A DNA stretch of 43,536 bases from Paecilomyces variotii. Taxonomy: Eukaryota. The stretch lies in the NCBI GenBank assembly GCA_004022145.1, contig RCNU01000034.1, one strand, 5' to 3'. The notes beneath the pieces are model-generated. The model had not been told where the DNA came from. It did no database searches and saw only the letters and a list, made by a program, of their open reading frames with translations. Both the position numbers and the translations under genes were made by a program. Shown here one piece after another: positions 1 to 10,459 of the stretch. How positions within the stretch are numbered: position 1 is the first letter of the stretch; each line of letters starts with the position of its first letter.

Positions 1-121
1 TAATAATTTAAGCTATTTTAGTAGTATAGTAAGTATTTAAATAATATTAATTTTAATATAGCAGAAAAAGCTAATAGAATAGCCAGCTTAATCGAGTAGC
101 TAAGTTAACCGAGAAATACGT
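1..121. mobile_element. Terminus (TIR ~78-121) of a pogo/Fot1-type Tc1-mariner DNA transposon; the element extends beyond the left window edge
   Basis: Ends ...CCGAGAAATACGT (118-121 = ACGT), followed by TA and a (TA)n tract. The reverse complement ACGTATTTCTCGGTTAACTTAGCTACTCGATTAAGCTGGC has the ACGTA start and internally repeated layout typical of fungal pogo-like TIRs. The partner TIR is not in the window. Confidence 0.55.
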
Positions 122-329
122 TATATATATATATATATTTCTATAGCTATTATTCTATATATATATATATATATATTTAATAATATCTTAAAAGACTTTT
201 TTTATATTTTTAGATTAATATAATAATATTATATTTAAGCTATTTCTTAGCTATAGATTTAAAGGTCTATAACTTTAATAATAATATAAAATAATATAGA
301 GTATTAATACCTATAATATTATAGACTAT

Positions 330-545
330 ATAAATATTATAAACTATATAAACTATTTAAACTAAACTATTTAAGTAAAATCTAACTTAAGTTAGTTTAG
401 CGCTTAATCTTAGCAAATATTTTAGTTTTTTTAATTTTAAACTAAACTACTAGGGTATAGTTTAGTTTAAGTATAGTTTTTTTATCTTAAACTAAAAACT
501 GCTATAGGCAGTTTAACTTCTCCTTAAATTAAACTAAATCGCCTA
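330..545. mobile_element. Possible DNA-transposon (hAT-like) end with subterminal repeats
   Basis: Cluster of AAACTAAACT / TAGTTTAGTTT motifs in both orientations (plausibly RIPed AACCG/CGGTT). Ends in ...ATCGCCTA at 545, where the Gypsy integrase relic starts abruptly. No partner end or TSD is visible. Confidence 0.3.
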
Positions 546-1335
546 TATAATTACTCTACATATAAGAAGTAAAATTAAATAATATCCCTTAGTTAATACT
601 TATACTATATTAATTAGAAAAATCTTTATTAATTATAGAATAGCTATAAACTATAATAAAACTAAATAATATAAACTAGAGAATAAAGCTACAGTTAATA
701 TATTAGTATAGAAGTATAAGATTAACTATATTAAAGTCTTATTATATAACCTATAAGTAAATAAAGCAGTTAAAGTTATATATAAGTTCTTTATATATAG
801 TATTAAGAAACTTATAAAAAGAATAAGAGTAAATTAAATAAATTACCTGCTAGTAATAATCTAGGTAAATAAGAATATAGTTAAGATCTTTATTAATTTA
901 ATACTATTTAAAGTAATTATAAGATATAATATAGTATTACTAATTAAACTAAAAGTACTTATTTAAAAGATATTAATATAAGATAAAATTAAAACTATAG
1001 AAGACTTTCTATTTCTTTATATAAAATAAATAGAGCTTAGAGATTAAGATATAGAAAAGGTATAGCTTTATATCTAGTATATAAGAGAAGTTAATAAGAA
1101 AGTCTTTAATAATAGAAAGTAATTTTATAAGAAATAGCTAATTAAAAAATAACTTATTCTATTTTATAATATAAAGCTTAAGATATTTTATTCTATTAAA
1201 TTAATATATTACTAGCTTAAACTATACTAAATTAAGAAAGTTCTTTAAAAAGATTCTTATAAGCTTAAGAAGTTAAATAATATAGCTTTTTAAGATTTAA
1301 TCTATAGAAATTACTTAAAAGGCTATTATTTACAA
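546..1335 (+). pseudogene. RIP-degraded Ty3/Gypsy integrase of a second family (element D)
   Basis: De-RIPed motifs: GPENK (~670-690), SSYNPQANGAVE (~738-775), NWxxxLPAVMWAD..TV..STG.TPF...G.DAVLPIEL (~830-955), KL..RWLGPYRI (~1198-1236), SYKLEELDG...IHGNRLK (~1255-1320). Numerous TAA/TAG stops. Confidence 0.75.
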
Positions 1336-4300
1336 GATAATTAAAAAGATATATTAGTAATAAATAATAATATAGAATTTAAGCAAGAAAATTAGTAAAT
1401 AAATAATAATAAAAATAATATAGATTAAATATTATTTAAATTAATATATATAGTTATAGTTCTAGTATTCCTCTTTTAAAAATATTAGCTTAAAAAGAGA
1501 AAAAGCAGAAGGCTAATAATAAAGTAAGCTTAATATTAAATAAAGGTTTAGCTTAAGATAAAAGAGAGCAGATAAATAAAAAATAAAGATATTTAAATTT
1601 TTTTAAGGAGAAAAAAAACTTAAAAATAAGTAAAATAAAAGAATATATATATATTATTAGAAGAGTAAGATTAAACTTTTCTAATTATTAAAAAAAGAAA
1701 ATATTAAATAAAGAATATAAAATAATAATAAAGAAATCTTATTTTATATTAAAAACCTTACTTCTTTATCTATAAATATTATTTAAAAACTTAAGTCTAA
1801 TTATTTTATATTCTCTTTCTATACTAAATATTATTAAAATTAAAATTATTATATACTCTTACTAAATTAAAATAAAAGAAAATATTCTTTAAGTTTAAAA
1901 TATTATTCTATAAGAATAATTACTAAAGTTTAATATAAATATTTATATAATTATAAGTAAGATTTATAATTTTATAAAAAAGGCAATTATTATAATAAAA
2001 GATAAATTAAAAAAGGTTAAGTTTATAATAGAAGTAGTAGCTATTATTATAAAATTTTAAATTAAATAAGATAAAACTATAATAAATTATTATAAGTTTT
2101 TATTATAATAAAAGCTTTTAAAAGAAATAAAAATAAAAGAAAAAAAAGTAATTAAAGAATTAAAAGAATTAATAAAAAGAGTTAGAAAGAATAAAAACTA
2201 TATAAATAAAGGCTATTTACTTATAATAAAAATATAAGGGGAATAAATAATTAGCTAATTAATAATATTAGCTAAGAGATTTTATTAAACCTTAATAGTA
2301 TTAAGAGAAATTATAAAATAAATTAAAGAGTAAAAAATAATAGCTATTTATTTAATATAAGCTTAAGTAAATAAATTATTAAATATTAAAAAGCCTAATA
2401 TATAGCTAGATAAAAGCCTATTATTAATAAATATTAAAAGAGTAAGAAATTTATTAAAAAGAATAATAAATAAGAATAAATAGTTTTCATTTAAAAAAAT
2501 AAAAATAAAGCTTTAATTAATTAATATATAGATTAAGGAGGACTTTTTTTTAAAAAAAATTTAAAATATAAAATAAAGAGAATAATTAAAGACCTAGGAA
2601 AAAGTTTATTAATTAACCTTATTATTAATAATAAGGAAGATAATAAGATAAAAAAAAGAAGAAGAATAAAAAAAGAATAAAAAGCCTTAAAAAGCTTAAA
2701 GGCAAGAAAAAGATTAAAATATAAGAAAAAAAGAAATAGGCTAAAAAAAGTTGCAGTTATAAGACTAAAATAATAAAATTATTTAAAAAAGCTCTTCTTA
2801 ATTAAAAAGATAGGAAAATTATAAATAGCTTTTAATAAAAAGAAATTAAAATTAATAAACTCTATTATAAGTATATTAATAAGATTTAAATAATATTAAG
2901 TATATATATAGTAAAAAAAAAGTTATTAAAAAAAAGATTAAAGATATTTATTAAAAGTAATAAAGATTTCTATAACTTAATAATATATAATAAATATTAG
3001 AGGTAGTTCTAGTATAGCTACTATCTAAATTTATCTTTTAAGGACTATAACTATAGTAATAAAGAAGAATTATTAAAATAAAGCTAAATTAGCGGCTAAT
3101 TAATATTAGAAAAAAAATAGAGAAAGTATTATATTAATTAATATTAAAGAGGCTTTAGAAGATCTATAACCCTTATATATACCTTTTAATAGGTATAATA
3201 GAAGTAAGAAAAGAAATATTAGTTAAAAATACTTAAGAGATCTTAAAAATAATAAATAAAATAATATTAATAATAATAAAAAAGCAGCTAAAGACTTTAT
3301 TTAGAAGTATATATTATTTATTAAGTATATTATTAAAAGAGTAGCTATATTACTTTTCTAATAATACTAAATTTAAATAAATACTTTTAGCCTTTTAGCT
3401 TAAAAAAATAGAAGAGAAGAGAAATCTTAGCTATACCTTGCCTAACTCTACTAAAATAAAAAAAGATACTAATATTATAAAAATAGAGAAGTCTTTAATT
3501 AATATAAATTTTTAAAATAATAATAGATAAATAAAAAAATCTTTTAATAAGATAAATAGTAATATATTTAAAAAAGCCGCAGAGTTTTTTATAAAAAAAG
3601 AAAAATATTTAATCTTTTATTTAGAACTTATTATAAACTTTTATCTAAGGCCTAAGTATTTTATTTAATTATACCTATAAAAAAAATATATAATACTTAA
3701 ATTGGTCTTTAATAAAAATTTTATATAATAAAAGCTTATAAGGTAATTTTATTCTTTTATATTTTAAGATAAAGAAAGACTTAACTTATAATATCTTATA
3801 TAAGAAATAGAGGTTATATTATATTATAAAAAGAAAATAAGTAATAAGGCTATAAAGATAAAGAATATATCTTAAAATATTTTATAAAAGATTATTAAAT
3901 AAAATATAATATATTATCTTATTTAGCTAGCTCTCTTTAGAGAAAAAAATTATTATTTATAAGTTTACTATAAAAGAGAATATATAAAAAAAATAAAAAA
4001 AAGTAAGATTATAATCTTAAAAAATATATAAAAATAAAGTTTTATATCTTTATATAGTAAAACTATTATAGGGAAGCCTTTTAAAGAGAGTAATATTACT
4101 TTAAAATATAGATAAATATTAATATCTAATAATTAAAGAATAATAATATTAAAGAGAAGAAGCTTTAATATAATTACTATTTACTCTTTTAATTATAAAA
4201 AAATTAGCAAGATATATAAAGACTAAAGAGAGAAAAGCTTATTTAATCTTCTTATTTATAGAATAATTATTATTAAAAAAACTCTTTTTAAATAAGCTTT

Positions 4301-4873
4301 ATAAGACTTTATAAAGATATAAGTAAAGTTATATTTTATTCTTACTTAAAATAAATAATTTATTAAGCTTTTTTTATAAGATTAATAATAATAGCTTATA
4401 AATCTAATAGTTACTAAATATAAAGTATATAAGATATTAAAATATTCTTATTTTAGGAAGAACTTATAATATAAGCAGAAGAAAATTAAATAAATTATAG
4501 TATTAAAAAGAAGCAGATAAAGGCATTTATATATAAAGAAGGGGAAGCTATATAATAAGAAGAATTAGTTAGAAAAATATAATTAGCTAAGTAGTTATAT
4601 ATTATTATTAGAAGAAATAGTTTAAATATTTCTAATAAAGTAGTAAGAGAGAGAGATAAATAAATAAAAATAAAATAAAAAATTTCCCCTTTTTTAGCTA
4701 TTATCTAATATTAGTTTAATATAAGAAAAGAATTAGTTTATTATATTATTTTATTATTAGAGCTTTTTCTCTAGTTTTACTTTAAACTCTAAGATTAAGC
4801 GCCTTTCTTTCTCTTCTCTATATCCTTATACTTAAAGGCTCTATACTAAGTCTTAATACCTTATCTTATAATA
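546..4873 (+). mobile_element. 3' part of Gypsy element D (integrase, ~3.3 kb unexplained 3' region, putative LTR end at 4873), apparently inserted in Copia copy 1
   Basis: Copia-homologous sequence starts abruptly at ~4874 right after ...CTTATAATA (RIPed ..ACA-type LTR end). No second LTR is in the window to confirm, so linking 1335-4873 to the integrase is inference. Confidence 0.4.
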
Positions 4874-4891
4874 CTATAAGAAAGTTTTAGT

Positions 4892-5038
4892 TTTTCCTTA
4901 AAAGAGAAAAGAAGTATTTTACTAAAAAAAATTAAAATATTTTCTTAAAAGAAAAAAGAAGCTTTTTATTAAAAAAAAATAAAATATTTTTTTAAAAGGA
5001 AAAAGAAGCTTTTTACTAAAAAAAAATTAAGATATTTT
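4892..5038 (+). repeat. ~47-bp tandem repeat x3 in the Copia INT-RT linker
   Basis: GAAG anchor recurs at 4911, 4958 and 5005. The homologous site has about one unit in copy 2 (~24710-24760) and about 1.5 units at ~39700-39785. Confidence 0.7.
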
Positions 5039-5478
5039 ATTATAGTAAAATTATAGAATAAAAGAAAATATCTAACTATTTTTACTTTAATAATTTAAAT
5101 AATTATAAGGACTTATAAATAAATCCCCTATTTTTACTAAATAAGTAAATTATATCTTATATAAAGATTCTCTATATAGTAAAATATAAAAGAGAGAAAA
5201 TTAAATTATTAGATAATAAATAAAATATTAAAAAATTATATTAAGTAATACTTATATTAAATCTCCTATCTCTAGATATTAATATAGATTAAAAAGAATA
5301 TATAAAATAAGTATTAAATATTATAATAGCAGTATATATAATAAAAAAATATATTTTAATCTTAAACTTATATTATACTATAATTAATAACCTTACTTAA
5401 GATAAATTATAGTAGAATATATTTAAAGCTAAAATAAATATACTTTAAGTAAATAAAAATTTTAAAGTAATTATATTA

Positions 5479-6246
5479 TAAGCCCTTAGGTTACGCTACG
5501 CGTATCTTAGACTTACTTATAGATTTTATAGCTAGCTAGTTAATATAGATTTAAAGGCTATTGCTTTAGATTTTAATTAGTATATAAATTATTAGCGCTT
5601 TATACTTAGTTTTAAATAGAGAATTTAAAGGTATTAGATATAAAACAATTTAAGTTTAAGGCTTCTAGAGGCTCTAAACTTAAATTCTATAAGTAAATTA
5701 AGTAGTTATATAATTAAAAGAATTCCTTTATTCTATACTTTAAAGCAATTAGCCTTAAGACCTATATAATACTTATAGTTTTAGTATTTATTATAGTAAT
5801 AATATGCCTTAAAATTTACTTTAAGCTTTAGAATTTAATATTTATACTTATAGTTATTATATATATTTATACTAGCTTAATATATATATTTAGCTAATAA
5901 GATAAGCTAGAGATTAGCGGGTCTAAGATATTTTAATATTTGTATTTATAGTTAGTATATATAACTATATTAGCTTAGTATTTATCTTAAGCTAATAAGA
6001 GAATTTAAAAGTTAATAAGTCTAAAAAGTTTTAATATTTTTATAGATAGTTATTCTATATAATTATATTAACTTAGTATTTTCTCTTAGCTAATAAGAGG
6101 CCCTAAGTCCCTATAGGCTTCTATACTTTTAGTCTCTATATACTAGTATTTTTCGCATTTAAGAAGATTTAATTAGCCTAAGAAACTTAAGAGAATTTAA
6201 TTAGCTTAATGCGCTTTACGCTAAAGTTTTATATTATTTACTTAGA
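5479..6246 (-). mobile_element. Non-autonomous Helitron-like element 1 (768 bp)
   Basis: Absent from the other Copia copies; its removal restores the host exactly (AATTATATTA|TTATTAAAAGC) with no TSD, at an A|T site. Minus-strand 5' end is TC and 3' end is CTTA (non-canonical, possibly RIPed CTTG). Hairpin TACGC-TAC-GCGTA (5492-5504, extendable to 5486-5510) lies near the 3' end. Confidence 0.6.
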
Positions 6247-7737
6247 TTATTAAAAGCTAATATTATAATTAACTATTAAGTATTAATTATAAAATATAAT
6301 CTAGATAATTCTCTTTAAAAGCTTAAGGTATACCTTATTATTTAAAGATTTACTTAAAAATATAGTATTAATTTTAAGTATATCTTTATTCTTATCTTAT
6401 AATATAATATATTATAAATATTTCTAGCTATTATTATAATAAAGGATTATAAATATTATATTATAAATATTAATAATATCTTTATAAAATTAATATTAAA
6501 GAAAGAAATTTATATAATACCTTTATTAAAAATAAATATATTATTAAAAATAATATTAAAAGTTTTTTAATCTTTATATAGTTTAAAATAAGCTCTAAAA
6601 GATTAAAATTAAACCTATATAAAAATATTCTAAAAAATAGGTTTTATATAGACTAATATTAATCTATACTTATTATAATATTTAGAGAAAAAGATCTTAT
6701 TCTTAATATATATTAATAATATCCTAATTAATATAAAATAAATAGAGAATATTTACTAGTTTAAATAAGAGTTTATAAATTAATATATAAGATAAAGAAT
6801 CTAAGAGAAATAAAAAAGATCCTTAGTATTTAAGTTATTTAAAATAAAAAAGACTAAATATTAATAATAGACTAATCTTATTATATTAAAGAACTCTTAT
6901 TATAATATAAAATAAGTAAAGAAAAGATATATTTAGTTAATATCTTATTAAATAGATATAATTCTCTAAAACTATTTAGCCTTTAAAATAAAAAAGTAAA
7001 TTAAAGAAAGTATTAAAAGATTATTAATAGCTTAATTTATTTAATAATTTTAATAAGACTAAATATTATATTTATAATAAGTAGATTAAATTAATATTTA
7101 TTAAATCTATTTAAAAAATATTTTAAAATATTAAAATCCCTTATAAAATACTTATAATTAATTATATACTTTAGTCTTAAGTTTAATATAAACTAAGACT
7201 AATAATTTATTAAGTATTTAAACTTAGATTATATAATAAATAAGACTAATTAAATATTAATCTTAAAGAATATTTTTATTTTAATTAATAGCTTAATAAG
7301 CTAATTAAATAAGAAGTAAAAGTTTATTATAACTTTAACTATAGAGGCTAAATATATAGCTATATATTAAGCTATAAAATAGTCTTAATAATTAGCCCTT
7401 TTTTTAAAAGATATAAAATATAGGTATTATATTAGTTTAAATAAATTTAAGCTAATAATAAAAAAAGAATAAGCTTTTATTATTAGTTCTCTAATTAAAG
7501 TTTATAGAGATAATTAAGTATTACTATTACTAATTAGAAATACTTATACCTATAAAAAGTTAAAGTATATTAATATTATATATTATTATATATATAATCT
7601 ATACTAAAGAAATAGAATTAGTATTAAGTTTATTAAAATAGCAGATAATTTTACTAAATTACTGCTAAAGGCAGACTTTTTAAAATTTCTAGGTTAATTA
7701 AAATTAACTAACTTAGTAAGTTTAAACTAAGAAAAAA

Positions 7738-8010
7738 TATTATAAAATAATAGTTAAAACTAGTAAGTTTTAATATAATAAAGATTTTACTTTAAAAAAA
7801 TCTTTAAAAATAATTTTACTTTAGTAAAATTAAGCGGCTTAGAGAAATTATTTCTTAAGCTTTATTTAAAATCTATTACTCTAACTAAAAATATATAAAT
7901 ATACTTTATATTTACTATATATACTAATACTCTTTTTCCTTAAATATTATTAGCCCTTTAAGTTAGTTAAATAGTCTAGGGAATTTTATTTAAACTTATT
8001 CTTTTTAACT
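7738..8010 (+). repeat. Copia 3' LTR (273 bp), ending ..TTAACT
   Basis: Preceded by a purine tract (~7729-7737). Reverse complement of the LTRs at 22497-22769, 29663-29935, 37757-38032 and 42570-42842. Confidence 0.9.
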
Positions 8011-8155
8011 AAAAGAGTAATATAAATTTAATAATAAAATAATTAAGTAAAACTTAAAAATCTAATAGAAAAAAAGGAAAATCTTATTAATTCTATTAAT
8101 TCCTTTTTTTAAAGCTTTTTAAAGCCCTTTTTAAAGAAATCTTATTAATAGCTTA

Positions 8156-8845
8156 TATAAGGCGCAGGCTTTAGCAGTACCCCGTAAACCCCCGGGAACC
8201 CCGACTACTAGGCTATATAGTTTAGTGCTAGCTTAACTACGCTTAGGCGTAGTTATTATAGTCTTTTTAGCTGAGTAGTTAAAGAATTCAGTTCACATAA
8301 CCTAGAGCTAGCTAGGTCCTTAACAGAATAATTACGCCTCCCGGTTAAAGCCCTAAGTTTAAATTCGCCTGAGGCTGTAAGCTTTTTAAGCTAGGTTCGC
8401 GGTTGCTTAGCTAAGCTGCTTAGGCAGGCTACTTAGCTAAGCACGGGCGGGTGCGGGCGATATTCGCGCTCGGCGCAGGGGCGGAGTTAACCGGCAAAAT
8501 CCTAGTAATTTTGGGGCCTAACAAGCTTATAGCAGGAGGTAAGGCCTCTTAGCTTAACTATTAGTCGGGGCGAAGAAGTCCTAGCTAGGGGGAGCTAGGC
8601 AGGATCCTAAGCGTGCGCTGCGGCGGCGTGCTAGCTGAACGGCTCGAGGGCGAGCCTAATTTAGGGGAGAGATACTGTAAGGCGCAGGCCTTAGCAGTGC
8701 CCCGTGAACCCCCGGGAACCCTAACTATTAGGCTATATAGTTCGGTGCTAGCTTAACTACGCTTAGGCGTAGTTATTGTAGTCTTTTTAGCTAAGTGGTT
8801 AAAGGATCTAGTTTACGTGACCTAGAGCCAGCTAAGTCCTTAATA
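8156..8845 (+). mobile_element. TRIM (terminal-repeat retrotransposon in miniature), 690 bp, non-coding
   Basis: 170-bp LTRs at 8156-8325 (TATAAGG..TTAACA) and 8676-8845 (TGTAAGG..TTAATA), giving consensus TG..CA. PPT GGGGAGAGA(TAC) at 8664-8675. 4-bp TSD CTTA (8152-8155, 8846-8849), confirmed against the uninterrupted host in copy B. 350-bp GC-rich internal region with no ORF in the supplied track. Confidence 0.93.
8327..8339 (+). promoter_or_regulatory. TRIM primer-binding site complementary to its own LTR (self-priming type)
   Basis: AATAATTACGCCT pairs 12/13 with LTR 8245-8257 AGGCGTAGTTATT (the mismatch is a C>T/G:U). The target lies ~26 nt downstream of TATATA (8214-8219). Confidence 0.7.
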
Positions 8846-10008
8846 CTTATATTATTACCTTAAATTTAGCTAATATATTTTAAATATATTTAAGGTTCTT
8901 TTTAAGCTATTATAAATTTTTATAATCTAAATAGCTTTTTTATTTAATTAAATATTATTTTTTTATATTATTTATTTATTTAGAATAGCTTTAATCTCTT
9001 ATTCTAGTTTATTATCTACTAAGATTAAGTTTAAATACTTAAGTTTAGCCCTAAGTCTCTAATAATAAGGCTTTAATAAAGAGATATAAAAGATTAAATA
9101 TATTTTACCTAGACTCTTTAAGAGCTTAAGCTAATAGGCTTAAGTTTTAATTCTCTCTATAACTTTATAAGGTCTTAAATATTTTATATCTAGTTTTTTA
9201 ATTAATTAATCTATTTTTAAATTCTTTATTAAAAAGCAGACTTAATCTCTTATTATATAGAATCTAGGCTTATATTTCTTATTATAATATTTCTATTATA
9301 TAATAATAGCCTTTTAAAGGAATTTTTTTAATTAAATATAGATTTTAATAAGTTCTTTTAATTAATTATTAATTACTAGTATATTTATTTACTTCTTAAA
9401 GTTATATTTATCTTAACTCTTAAAATTAAATTTATAGATAATATAGAAGAAACTTATATTTATAAAAATATAGATTAAATTATTATATATAAACTCTGCT
9501 ATAGTTAATAAAAATACCTAATTATTTTATTTATAGTTTAAGTAAACTTAAAGATAATACTTTAGTATTTAATTTTACCTTTTAGTCTAGCTATTAATCT
9601 AAGGATAAAATATAATATTTAAAAGTCTAGTAATTTAAATATAGTAATAAAGTTCTATTTAATATTTATTAATAAATAATATACCTCTATTTAATATAAT
9701 TAACTATAAAGGTTTAAAGTAGTTATAGATATAATCTATAATAAGATTAGTTATTTTATCTACCTTTAATATTTTATAAGTAAAGATATAAAGTATTATC
9801 TTTAAGTAATAATTTATAATTACTAATATTAAATTATAAGTAATTCTTTATTTCTTTAATAATAGTAGTCTTATTATAAAATCTATTAAAATATTTTATT
9901 ATAGCTATATTAAGATTAATAAAAACTTTAACTTTTTATATAGTTTATATTATAAAGTTTAATTTCTCTAGTAGATATTATATATAGATATATATTCTTA
10001 TATATCTT

Positions 10009-10440
10009 TGTCATGCCCCTAGCTCCCCGCTAGGGCATAAGCTCGCAGAACTGCAGCAAAGCCCCGAATCTAAATATAATACCGAGGTAATTAGTTAAAC
10101 CTCGCTCTCCCCACTTTTAGGATTTATATAAGATAAAGCTGGGAAGTGCTTGAGATTTAGAATATAAATAGGCTCTAGATTGCTGTCTTACTAGAAGCTA
10201 GCAATCTGTTTTAATATAATATATATTTTACTATTTCCTTACTTATATAAACTCTTTATTATTAGAATCTTCTAGCATAGACTCTTCTCCTTGCTGGTTA
10301 GACCCTTTATTATAATAGTTAACCCTTTATCTTGCTAATAAACCCTTCTTTAAGCTAGATATATAAAGCTGCTACCCCTCTCGCTATAATTGCTGGCGAA
10401 GTAATTTACTAACAACTTCTAGGAACTCCTATTCTTTATA
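10009..10440 (+). repeat. Copy B 5' LTR (432 bp)
   Basis: Direct repeat of 17098-17529. TATAAATA at 10163-10170. Confidence 0.95.
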
Positions 10441-10459
10441 ATTTAGATCACTTTACCTA

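Larger units (their letters stand above)
4874..8010 (+). mobile_element. Ty1/Copia copy 1 (3' half: INT-RT linker, RT, RNase H, PPT, 3' LTR), RIP-degraded and interrupted by a Helitron-like insert
   Basis: De-RIPed KARLVARGFTQ (~6325-6357), SLYGLKQAPRDW (~6571-6606), LVYVDDILI (~6703-6729), TRPDI (~7051), GYSDSDY (~7212), SWLSKKQKSVATSTTEAEY (~7298-7355), GDNQA..HERSKHIDV.YH (~7506-7590). Matches the reverse-complement copies starting at 22497, 29663 and 37757. Confidence 0.9.
8011..10008 (-). mobile_element. Chromovirus Gypsy copy A, distal segment (integrase core, GPY/F, chromodomain, start of 3' region); interrupted by the TRIM and cut by Copia copy 1
   Basis: Reverse complement of ~13991-15300 of copy B, with heavier RIP. 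Confidence 0.9.

Noticed and set aside
8268..8380. Genuine tRNA gene
   Set aside because: No convincing cloverleaf; only a box A match inside an LTR. Kept as a low-confidence finding, not a feature.
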